DNA from: Octopus vulgaris | Lineage: Eukaryota | Assembly (NCBI GenBank): GCA_951406725.2 | Contig: OX597832.1 | Span: forward strand, 1,550,001 to 1,614,000 | DNA: 64,000 nucleotides | Direction of reading: 5' to 3' | Part shown: piece after piece, positions 39,839-51,565 of the stretch | Layout: every line of letters starts with the position of its first letter | Numbering within the stretch: the first letter of the stretch is position 1 | Position numbers and translations under genes: made by a program | The notes under the pieces: generated by a model | The model's input: only the letters and a program-made list of their open reading frames with translations | What the model was told of the DNA's origin: nothing | Database searches by the model: none

Positions 39839-41536
39839 CTATTTTTACAATTATTATTACTATCATTGTTGTTACTATTCATTCTACTCCTGGCTAACTT
39901 AATGTTTTTACTATTAAGTCTAGCTATTATGGTAGCCATGTTTGGGAGAGTGGAATATGAAATTCTCACTGATCTCTTAGAAATTATTTTATGATATTTA
40001 GGGGAGGCTGGGCAATTTTTTCCAGTATAGATTTAAATCTACTGCACACATTCGTCGAGATCGCACAATTACAGGGGATATTTAGCCAAATGACATTTTC
40101 TCTTTTATATTTTTTGTTTAAGTAAGAGTGGGAAGGATTAGTGCTATCAGTATTCGTAGGAGAATTATTATTCCTTTTAGTACTATTTTTATGCCTATTT
40201 TCATATTTATTTATGATCTGTTTACCATTTCTATTCCTATAATTAGGTTTATACACTAGGTTCTTTTTCTCTATTAATTTATGTTTATGTAGGGTATGGG
40301 AGTCTATATTACTTACGTCATTTACATTCACTATATTATTTAGGAGATTTAAGCTATCCATATCAAGGAAGGTGATTTCCTGGTCATATCCAGACTTGGA
40401 TAATGCGATATTGTAATGATTAGAGTGAGAGTTAAAGATTTCACTATTTGATGATAATTTTGAAATTCTTTGAGAAATATTTTTAACTAATGATTTTAGT
40501 ATATTCGGGGGTGGGTGGGTGATTAGATGACTTACTTACATATCTAGTGACTTCGCCCTCCTTTCTAAATGTAATGTAACATTGAATTTAAGTCTAAGGT
40601 AACGTCTAGGAAATTAACTATCTTAGTGTTAGGTTCATAAGTAATGCCTAGGTTAAAATCTTTGAAAAATTTGCTAATTTTCTTTTTTATCCTCTCAATA
40701 CTTGATTTATTATTGCTAGGTACAACAAACAAAGCATCATCCCTATATAGACCACCTTGTAATTCTGGGATATCTCTGTTTATGCATTTTAATAAGTATG
40801 TTCCCACCAGATTAGTTATCTCCACCGAGTCACTAGAGCACATAGGTATATCAAAATTATTAGGGGTATCCGCCCTAGTCCATAATTTTCCTTCAAATTC
40901 GATGATAGTTTTTCTAGCAAATAGGATGATGTCAAGAGCGGTTCTAAGCAAAAATAAGTGATTTATTAAGTAGAATGGAGGATATACTAGAATAGTAATT
41001 GTTTATGTCAAATTGGATAAAAGAAATTTTATTAGTGTTATCTAGAGATTTAAACCAATCTATTACCTCATCTGTATTAATCCATAGACTCAAGGGGAGA
41101 TTAGGAATTATACGGGGTAGAATATTGTCCAAAATAAATTTGCAAGGTCGGCCAATGTCCGACTTAGTTGGACATATGAGTCTTACCGAGGGGTTTTCGG
41201 AGAAATTTTTCTTATGGTCCTTAAGATTAATCCTGGGTTCACATGGTTTTAGAGGCTCCGTTCTATCGGCCAGATCATAATTTACCATAACTTTTTTGAT
41301 TTCTAAATTAATTTCTCTCATGTTTTTCTTAGTTGTTGCTTTATACCTTAAGTTTAGTTCCTTTCTAATGAGTTTGCTGTAAGTTGCATAATCCATTCTG
41401 TAAAGGTTTCCAGTTTTGTCGGCTGGGACTAGGATGCCCTGTTTATCTTGAATAGATTTAAAGAAATCCTCTAGATGTCTAAGGTGTGGATTATATCTTA
41501 GTGGATGTTCCTTGAATTTTATATTTGCGATAAGGT

Positions 41537-43909
41537 CCTGGATGCATTGAACACTGTTTTTCGATTTGGAAAGCGATCCAGGATGCCAAACAGAACAAGA
41601 AAAGTCTGAACGTGATATGGCTCGACCTAGCTAACGCGTATAGTTCAGTGCCACACAAATTACTAATAACAGCCATGGACCACTTCCACATTCCTGACAA
41701 AGTGATCAAAATAATGAGGATGTACTATGACAGTTTTGAAATGAGGTTTACAACTGGAAATTTTACAACAAATTGGCACTGATTGGAGGTTGGCATTGCT
41801 GCTGGCTGTACAATATCTGTCACGTGGTTTATCTTAGTCATGGAGTTGATTTTGAAAGGTGTAGATTTTTCGGAACAAATCGCCCATGTACAATCGCCTA
41901 AGAAAGCCTTCATGGATGACGTGACACTTCTAGCTACAGATAAACAAATCATGCAGAATGCCCTCTTGAAATTAGACGAACTTGTAAGGTGGTCAAGGAT
42001 GCGATTCGGAGCAAAAAAATCGCGTAGTCTGACATTTGTTAAGGGAGTGCAAAAAGAATTTAAGTTTCGAATATCTGAAGAAAGCATTCCAACAGTCAAG
42101 GAAGAGCCCGTCAAGAGCTTGGGACGAGTATACGCTGGAACATTGTCAGACAGAAGTCGTGGGATTGAAATTATGAAACAGGCCGAGGCTGGGTTATCAG
42201 CGATTGATAATTCGAAGTTACCAGGTAAATATAAAATTTGGTGCTTGCAGTTCGGCTTGTACCCGCGACTTACGTGGCCACTTTTAATATACAAAGTAGC
42301 ATTGTCACGAGTTGAAAGGATTGAACAAAAATGTAATGTGTTCATTAGAAAGTGGCTAGGCCTACCTTGTATGTTGAACAGCTCAGCTCTTTATCGTAAA
42401 AGAGGTTCGTTGCAGCTACCAATAGCATCAATAGTCGAAATATATAAGCTGGGGAAGATACGGACGGTCATGATGCTGAGAGAATCGAAGGATATGGAAA
42501 TCAGGCGTAACCCACCAGAACGGCTATTGGGAGGTAACTGCAGATTTACCTGGGTGCCAGGTTTTCTTTCCCATCCCAGTTTCGAAAAAACTAGATATTT
42601 TGATGTGGTGTGAAAGAAAGAAAGTTGTAAATATAGTCGAGCTAACGGTTCCTCATGAAGATAATATGGACGCCGCTCGGGCTCGAAAATTGAACCGTTA
42701 TGAAAACTTCCTCGAGGAATGTGAATACGCAGGCTGGAAAGCGGAAGCAGAAACTGACGACATTTTGTCTTCTCTTATACACAGAGATATGGTGGGAGCA
42801 ACGCAGAACCATCGGAAAGGACTTGGTTTTGACGCAGATCAGTTCAGACCGTTTGCAAGCATGATGCAGAGTGTTGTTAGCAACAGCGTCAAAACAAGAG
42901 AAGCAGAGAGAAGAGAGCTTCATTTGATCCGATGTGTTCATCAAGGTTAGATGACGAGATGGGAAGAACATGTTGTTGAGAGGAAGATAAGTTGGGATGA
43001 GATGTGGAAGTGGACGACATCTCGGCTGAGTTTCCTGATTCGTTCATCTTATGATGTTTTACCATCACCTACGAATCTAGTAAGATGGAACGTCTTAGAG
43101 AATGACATCTGCAAATGTGGAAAGGTCGGTACACATGGAGGCACAACTTGGTCCTTAAGGTTATCTTCAATGCTATAAAGAACCAAATTCATCTCAACAA
43201 TACTGAGGAAAAACCGTTGAAAGTACCATCAAGAGATTTCATTACCTTCGTGCGACCAGGTCAGTGGATCCGCTTCAAGAAGATCAAGAAACTTCCTGAG
43301 AAAAATGAAAAGCGGAACGGCTATTGGGAGGTAACTGCAGATTTACCTGGGTGCCAGGTTTTCTTTCCCATCCCAGTTTCGAAAAAAACAGATATTTTGA
43401 TGTGGTGTGAAAGAAAGAAAATTGTAAATATAGTCGAGCTAACGGTTCCTCATGAAGATAATATGGACGCCGCTCGGGCTCGAAAATTGAACCGTTATGA
43501 AAACCTCCTCGAGGAATGTGAATATGCTGGCTGGAAAGCGGAACATTTTCCTATCGAAGTCGGATGTAGAGGGTTTGTTGGACACAGCGTGAGACGACTG
43601 TTGTTATCGCTAGGCCTAACTCATCGTAAAGTCAATACCACCATGACTGATATCCAATTTACAGTGGAGAAGGCTAGCCACTGGATTTGGTTAAAAAGAG
43701 ACGATGAGCGATGGCTAGAAGTATATTGAGTTCTTCATAACCAGCTGATCTAGCAAGCAGGGCCTCATATCAGTGAGGGGGGCCGATGCGCATTGTTGCC
43801 GTCGAGAGGTAGGCCCCGAAACGGCGCGCATTCTCTCCTGATGACCCCATACACTTGCTAGCTTCCGGTATACGGAGCTTTTAACTGGTAGCACTTGCAT
43901 GTGCAAGTT
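41537..43909 (+). mobile_element. Hero-like RLE non-LTR retrotransposon, 5'-truncated
   Basis: PGCIEH, WLDLANAYSSVPH, GIAAGCTIS, KAFMDD, PVKSLGR, RYTWRHNLVL, KTDIL..VELTVPHE..RKLNRY..PIEVGCRGF (PD-(D/E)xK endonuclease). Confidence 0.88.
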
Positions 43910-44519
43910 GTTTGCAAGACATCTTTCAAAGCTTTCAAGCAATGGATTCGGAGGTGGGCTCTTCCTACTTCTAAAAATCTTTTTGTAGCGATTATTCAGG
44001 TGTATTAGTTGAGGGTCTTCATTCTGTTTGGTATCGTAGTGGTAAGTAATCCATTTAATTCTTCGGATAAATTCATTGGTTCTGTGGATCAACAGCCATA
44101 TGTATTCGTCCTTACTATGCAAGGGGATATCCTTTGGGGAAAACTCTATATTTACCTTTTTCATCCTTGTTGAGAAGTTAAGTACCGGAAAGCATACACA
44201 AAGTATGGAATTATAAGTTCAGCAAAAATTTAGATTCAAATGAATATGGTACTTAATTTAGATGCACCAGAATTCTGTATGGTGTTATCCATAAAAATCC
44301 GTGGGGTGATTATAATAAAAATAAGCAACAAGAATACCGAAAAAAGCATAGTGTTTGCTGATTTTAACCCACGCTGGTGGAAAGGGGAGAGCAGAAATTC
44401 TTCGCTTGCATATTTGAATTTGCTGGCACTGTTAGTTTTGAGCAGATCTTCAGAAGTGATAACAAGCCGAAAGGGTATGCTCCCACTTTCAGTGTTTTCA
44501 AATCCAAACCAGGGAGTTC

Positions 44520-44572
44520 TGAGCTGATGATAGAAGTGTCGATTTTGACTAATCTTGAAACGTACGTTCTCA
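44520..44572 (+). ncRNA. Type I hammerhead ribozyme, intact core
   Basis: TGAG-CTGATGA-TAGA agt GTC gatttt GAC taa TCTT-GAAAC-GTAC-GTT-CTCA. Stem I TGAG/CTCA, palindromic stem III AACGTACGTT, triplet GUU. Confidence 0.8.
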
Positions 44573-44903
44573 AATAACCTTTGCATTTGATTTTTTAATG
44601 TCTCTACCCCCATACTTTTGTGAGTTGAATTGAGCAAACACTATATGAGAGAGGTTTTCTTTAAGTATTGGAAATAGTTTTTTAAAAAAGTTTTTTTAGC
44701 TGCTATTTCTAATGAGTTCAGTATGCGGCAAAGTAATTTATTTTACTAAGCCCTTTTATATAATGTAATAATTTGAATTCGCCTTAAATGGTCCCTTTGT
44801 ATACTGAATACTTGGTGAAATTGATTAATTAATTAATTTTACCCTCAATTGTTGAAATTATATATATATACATATATATACATACATACATATATATATA
44901 TGA

Positions 44904-44970
<67 letters not shown>

Positions 44971-45381
44971 CATATATATGTATAGGCCAATCGAACGCAT
45001 CTGTGAAAATTAATACCATGCAAACAGAGGAATTCGACTGATTGCGTATATATGCGGATGTCCGCTTGCGTTGGATGGTGCCGTGGTGATGGTATTAACT
45101 TTATTGACTTTTTATGAAATGACACATTTTAATATATTGGACTGTTTAATATATATGCCTGCATTGAGTGTGAGTGTGTCTGTTGTGGTTTCTTGATGTT
45201 GGTTGAGGAGCTGTGGAGTTCAATATGGAACATTATTGTGTTTGTTGATGTATATTGATCTATATTGTTTATATTGTATTATTGTGTATATATATATATA
45301 TGTAAGAATATGAGTATGTATGCACACATATTTATATTTATATGTAAATTATTTAACATTTGTACTCATACTTGCATTAAG

Positions 45382-45494
45382 ATCTCTGAAGAGGCCGTAA
45401 GATATTCTTGTTAATGTCTCATTTATACCTGCTTTATATGGCTAATAGGTTAAATGAGACATACTTGTCTTCATGGCCGAAACAGCTGTCAGCT
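45382..45494 (+). ncRNA. Type I hammerhead with a very long stem II, in a non-coding element (about 44985-45665) between (TA)n tracts
   Basis: ATCT-CTGAAGA-GGCC...(ATGTCTCATTTA/TAAATGAGACAT)...GGCC-GAAAC-AGCT-GTC-AGCT. Triplet GUC; stem I has a mismatch. Confidence 0.78.
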
Positions 45495-45661
45495 ACAATG
45501 TAAATGTATTTCTATGTCTTGTTATATTTGTACTATATTAATGTATAATATCATTGCTATTGTGTAGTGTTTTAATAAAGTATTGATTCGGTATTATCTG
45601 ATAGTTGATGATTGATTTAGATATATTTCTCCATTTTCTCATTTTCTCATTTTGTATTATA

Positions 45662-45736
<75 letters not shown>

Positions 45737-46399
45737 TTGAGAGAGGGCATGGTCGCGAATAGCGACAGAAGGACTTTGACGAACAAAGAACCGATTGATT
45801 GTTTAACCAACACATCAAACAATGGTCGATTAGTTATTTGGTTAAATATTTAACTGATTGATTAACGCTAAGGAAGTAATACTGAACTAATGCGAGTGTT
45901 TGATATGATCGGTGTAATGACCCGTCCATGACACAAGATTTGTCTCAACGCTCAAATTTACATCAAGCATCTTGTAAGCCAAATGCGAAAGCAAAGTTGT
46001 CTTTCTGAGTAGCTGAAATAAATGCTCTACTGCTCCTTCCCTCGCACTCGTAGCAATTTGTAAGGATTGAGAAGTCATCTTTCCAACATCAAGTAGGTAA
46101 GTCAATAACATCAACAGGTTTAACAGCTGCAGCAGAGTTGGGACGAACTGACTTGAAGAATGATTTGATTTTCTGTTGTTTGCCTTAAGGCTCTATGATG
46201 TTAATATCGTTAAGCAGGAGTTTCTGTTGATATGCCAATGTACGAAATGTTCTTAGGGATTCATGAGATTCTTATACAAGAGATTCAATGTTTGTCCCTT
46301 TCAACAACGTTTTCAGCTATCTTTGCTGTAACCAGCAAGAACTTTGCCCGGTATATTTTCCTCATTTGAGTTACTATATTTTCTTATCATGTTCTCATA

Positions 46400-46930
46400 T
46401 TCTCTGTTGAGACACATCTGTTTTCTCGACTTTCTGAATCAAACGATGAAAATCGCCTCGAATAATTTAAAACCATATTCTACTTGAAAATTGTACAAAA
46501 GTATTTTTTCAAGTATTTCCTGTAGTGACTTTGATGAAGCTACTAAATAGGATATTGCAGAATTAAGGTAGAGGTTCTTTCTCCTTGTAGATTTCCAAGA
46601 TAACCCTTTTCTATCAACACAAGCCCATTGCTCAAATATCTTTGTCTGTTGCAATTGTATCTTCATCTATTGGTTGGATCATTGAGGTAAAATTGGTTGA
46701 TCAGAACATCCACCTTATTTTACCACCATAACTGATAAATTGGTGAACATTTAGATGAGCAGTTGTGTTGTCAAAAATTAGTGACACCTTCAACTCCAAC
46801 AACAGAAACTTGAACGAATTATCAAAGTATATTGTCAGGTTAAGAACCTTGAAAATAAAACTTTGCTTCGTGTAGAATATGCTCCAAATAACCCAACTAG
46901 TTTGGATAATGTTCAAATAACTCTTTGGAT
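46400..46930 (-). mobile_element. pogo/Tigger DDE transposase remnant
   Basis: KVSLIFDNTTAH...WMF*STNFTSMIQPIDEDTI, resembling the pogo consensus LLILDNAPAH..FLPPNTTSLIQPMDQGII. Confidence 0.65.
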
Positions 46931-47454
46931 TCAAAGCAGCAACAAGTGAAAACAACCAGAATGAACTGTGTGTTTGTATTAGTGTGTGTGTGGTGGTTGT
47001 GGGGGGGGGGGGGGTAAAACAGTAATGCGGCTACGGACCAATCAGGCCGGAGCTTATTCTGGCTTGGGAGGCGTTTAAAGAACTGAAAGCACAACATTTT
47101 CCTTTGAGTATGACGCTAGGCCCTCGCCGGCTTAACCCTAAACTGCCGCTGAAATTCCTTTTTAGCGGTGTATAGTGGAGTAAAGTGAAGTTAATTGCCT
47201 TGAAAAGAACGCAATACAACACAGGGTTCAGGAATCGAATCCCGACTTAATGATCATCAGTAAGTCACAAAAATGAATCAATGGCTGACAGTTTCGTGTG
47301 TACCCTGCACGAAACACTCGGCCCGTGAGTTTCTTTTGTAAGGTTCTGTAGGCTAAAAAGAATAAGAAAGTAAATGCATGCTCATGTATTGATTTCCATT
47401 TCTTCAGTTTGTTCAACCAAACACACACGCACACACAAACACAAACATACACTC

Positions 47455-48180
47455 ATATCTTTTATTGTTTAATTATTTCAGTAATTTGAGTGCGACCATG
47501 CTGGTGCATAGCTTTGGATGATTTTAGTCGAACAAATCGGTCACAGGTTTTTTTAAAGCCTAGTACTTATTTTATCGGTTACTTTTGTCGAACCGCTAGG
47601 CTACGGGGATGTAAACACACCAGCACTGGTTACTCAACGGTGGTGAAAGATAAACACGCACACAAAGACATTTAACATGGACAACTAGCAAAATTATAAC
47701 TTTAAATTATACCACATATAGTTACATTTACATAGTTTTATGAGCTTAAATTTAGAACTATATCTAAATTGCCTATTAATTTTTAAATTGTCACTTATTT
47801 CAATCATTGGACTGTGACCATGCTGGGGCACTGCCTTAACGTGGTTAGTTGAACAATCGCCCCACCCTTACTTTTTAACTTCGGAACTTATTCTTTAGGT
47901 CTCTTTTGCCGAATCATTAAGTTATAAGAACGTGAACAAACCAACAGCAGCCGTCAAGCGGTGGTGGAGACGACAAACACTCGCGCGTGTACACACGCGC
48001 ACAAACACACATATATACGACAGGCAGCTATACAGTTTTCGTTACCCAAATTCATACACTAGTCATTGATCTTTCCCAGATTATAGTCGAAGTCTATTGC
48101 CAAAGGTACTGTGCAGTGAGGCTGAATCTAAAACTGCTTGGTTGTAAACAAAGCTTCTTAGCCTCACAACCATGCCTACT
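47455..48180 (-). mobile_element. Two diverged SINE A copies (about 47455-47660 and 47795-48180)
   Basis: TAGTACTTATTTTATCGG..GAACCGCTAGG; GACCATGCTGGGGCACTGCC..TAGTCGAAG..TGCCAAAGGTAC. Confidence 0.7.
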
Positions 48181-49104
48181 CCCTAAACTTTATCACATAA
48201 AATACATCAATGAATAACTCAGTATCGCAAATGAATGAAACATCGCTTAATTATATTGTACGATCAGCTGCTCACATGAATGAACTTAATTTGGTTATCT
48301 ATAGTTGGGAAAACTTGGCCTTCCAGAATAAAGTGCCAGCACTGTTGATAGAGTACTTGAGGGTTATCAAGCTTTCATTGTAATCACGTGTTTGGATGGG
48401 ACACTCATGAAAAGAAATATTTCAAATCTTTCAGTTATGGTGCATTGGCAGATTATCAAGATTTACCGAGGTTTCTGATGATCTAACATAAAATTTATAT
48501 ATTTTACAATCAGATTAAATCTGATTTATTCTAGATATTCTGAATGAGGAGTTGTTTCCCAGAAGTGGTTCAACCACTTTATTGATTATAAAAGTTCGCA
48601 CTGTCATTACTGATTAATAATCAGTGAGCGACGAGAGTAGCGTTGTTAACAAATAACTACAAATAATATCAACACGAAGAATGCATGCATACTCTAGAAT
48701 ATCATTTTCTTTTTAAAAAATCGATAAAAATATTTCTCATATTGTTTTGATAACGTATTCGCAAGACTATATTTGTATCTTCGACATTAAAGTAGATTAG
48801 AAATAAATTAACAGATATAAATAATGCACCTGAGCCAATGAGTATGTTTCTCTGCTGTTGCTCGACCTGCTAGAAATAGTAACCAAATCTCCCTCACATC
48901 ACACCGTCTCAATAAAGTGCACATTAAATACTGTTGTCTGACTATCTGTATTCATAGCTTCATTCCATCAAGACCAATTTAGATTAAAGAAATGTGTTTG
49001 TTTTCCATTCCTCAAGAAATTCGATTCCTTTATCTTAAGAAAGTGAAACATGCTGTTTAAAGGATTTTTCTCATCGTTATAAATATCCATCAACGAATAT
49101 AAAT

Positions 49105-50385
49105 ATCTCGTTTTTGGATTTGGTTTGCAAGATTCTTTATGTGAGTTCGTGTGTTGAAGCATATTCTGTTGTGTCTGGGGAGCGTCATTCTCTTTTTGTG
49201 CCTTATAATTTAACACACTCACCAGTAAAATTTCCACTTATTTCTTATTTTTATTTTTCTAAAATTTTCGTTGCATCTTCCAACCTTTTCTATAGTCGTT
49301 GACTCTGTCCGTTATTCAAGCAGCGTTCATTTTGTTTGTGTGCATGTGTGGGGGTTAGTGTGTGTGTATGTGTGTGTGTGTGTGTGTGTGCATACACATG
49401 CATGTATGTTTGTGTTTGCATGTATTTATGTATTTATGTATGTATGTGTGTACATTTGTATGTATGTATTCTGCATATTCATGTGTTGCGTGTCCATATT
49501 TGTGTGTTTTTATGTATGTGTGTGTGCTTGTATATGTGTGTGTGTGTGTACCTCTGTCTCCTTGTGTGTGCGTGTCTGAGTGTGTGTGTGTTTTGCAACT
49601 ATACTAAATAGGAAATATACATAGTAGATATCATACCCCTATACCCAGAGTTTACACAGGTAGAGTAGAATAGTTAGTAGGCTGTTATGTAGATAGACGT
49701 ATGTATGTGTATGTGAGAGAGTGTATGTATGTATATATGTATATGCACATGTATGTAAGCATATGGATATGAAAGTAAACAAATCAACATACAGACGGTT
49801 AGGTACTTAGGTTATATGAACAGACAAGCACACATATGCAAATGAAGACTGAAACACATGACCATATGTACACACACACTACTTCACACAAAGACACATA
49901 TGGAGACACACGACTACAGATATGGAGATGTACGTCCATACATACCAACACAGTACATAGTTGTAAAACGCACGTACACATATACACACACATTCATACA
50001 TACACATACAAGGAGACAGAGGTACACACACACACACACATATACAAACACACGCACATACATAAAAGCACACAAACACGAACACGCAAACACATGAATA
50101 TGCAGAATACATACATACACATATACATACATAAATACATGCATACACGCACATGCATACATACATACGTACATGCATGTGTACGCACACACACATTAAC
50201 CCACACACATGCGAAGAAACAAACAAAAAGTAATGCAGTGTGAATAACGGACAGAGTCAACAACTATTGAAAAGGTTGAAAGACGCAACGAAAATTTTAG
50301 AAAAATAAAAATGAGAGGAAATCTTACCGGTGAGTGTGTTAAATTATATGGTACTAAAAGAGAATGACTCTCCCCAGACACAATA
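49105..50385. repeat. Large inverted repeat: two diverged copies of one element, arms about 440 bp
   Basis: About 49165-49605 versus about 49955-50385; shared landmarks include GTGTCTGGGGAG, GTTGACTCTGTCCGTTATTCA and TACCTCTGTCTCCTTG. Confidence 0.88.
50264..50300 (+). ncRNA. Putative minimal hammerhead with a U3-A8 core
   Basis: CTA-TTGAAAA-G-GTTG aaagacg CAAC-GAAA-A-TTT-TAG. A degenerate mirror copy lies at 49259-49296 (-). Confidence 0.45.
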
Positions 50386-51054
50386 GGATATAAATATCGT
50401 TATGGGTATAAATATCGTTATAAATATCCATCATATATTGAATTTCTCTGAAAATCGTACTTTCCACATCGTTTACAGAATTTTCACATTCTCTCCAAAG
50501 CTTGAAACTTCAAAATTATTTTAGAGCTTTCCTAAAATTTATCCATGCATAGAATTAATAAATTCGCATAATATATAATTTCTTATGTCATGTATCCGAA
50601 GACCTCGCAGCAAATCTAAAACATCGGATGCTTTATTCTGGATATCTATGGGCTTTTGCAATTAGAAACTGACACAACTAAAATCGTAATCCCTCGGTTT
50701 TCGAACCGACATCTTCCCTTTTATGACTTTAGACATTTTTACATTAAATTAAGTCATCCATATGTTCTCCGCTGCGTTACAAAATATTTCCTATTGTTGC
50801 CAGATCCATCTCATAAGACAATTCAAAATTGGATTTCCTATGAAATACTTGCCAATTACAATGTGCACCTTCTCATGGAATCAATTCAGAGCAATGAGTT
50901 AACCGTATTTGTCAGAGACACTGCGATGATAACAAGACACGAGACATCCGAAATGTTGTTGATAAGTTAACAAATTATTGACCAAAATACCTAGACCATA
51001 ATTGGTGAGTAACTGGGATAAATTGGTACGTCTGGAACTATAAATTGTTGTTAT

Positions 51055-51565
51055 TTCGGGGTCAATGAAATAAGTACCAGTTACGCACTAGGGTCAATGA
51101 AATCGATTGGGCCTCCTCCCCCCAAATTTCAGGCCTTGTACCTATAGTAGAAAGGATTATTACTACACATACAAGGCGGTGAGCTGGGAGAACCGTTAGC
51201 ACACCGGACAAAATGCTTAGCTACGTTTCGTCAGTCATTAGGTTCTGAGTTTAAATTCTTCCAAAGTCGACTTTGCCTGTCATGCTTTTGGGGTCGATAG
51301 AATAAGTACCAGTTGAGTACCAGGATTGCTGTAATCGACTTACCTACCGCCGCGAAATTTGCTGGCCTTCTGCCAGAAAATTGAAACCATTATTACTACA
51401 TATACAAAGACTGTGAGCTGACAAAATCGTTAGTACAACGTACAAAATGCTTAGCAGCATTTCGTTCTGAGTTCAAATTTCGCTGAGATCGACTTTGCCT
51501 TTCATTCTTTCGGGGTCGATAAACCAAATTTTAGGCCTTTTGCTTATAGTGGAAATGATTATATT
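51055..51565 (+). mobile_element. Three head-to-tail SINE B units
   Basis: A 3' fragment at 51055-51160, a full copy at 51174-51390 and an internally deleted copy at 51408-51560. Confidence 0.88.

Noticed and set aside
43812-43850. GAAAC...CTGATGA in the Hero 3' UTR as a type II hammerhead
   Set aside because: The would-be stem II strands are both CCCC and cannot pair; CTGAT pairs within the long hairpin instead.
47030-47095. CCAAT box plus TTTAAA as a promoter
   Set aside because: Short motifs expected by chance, with no linked exon.
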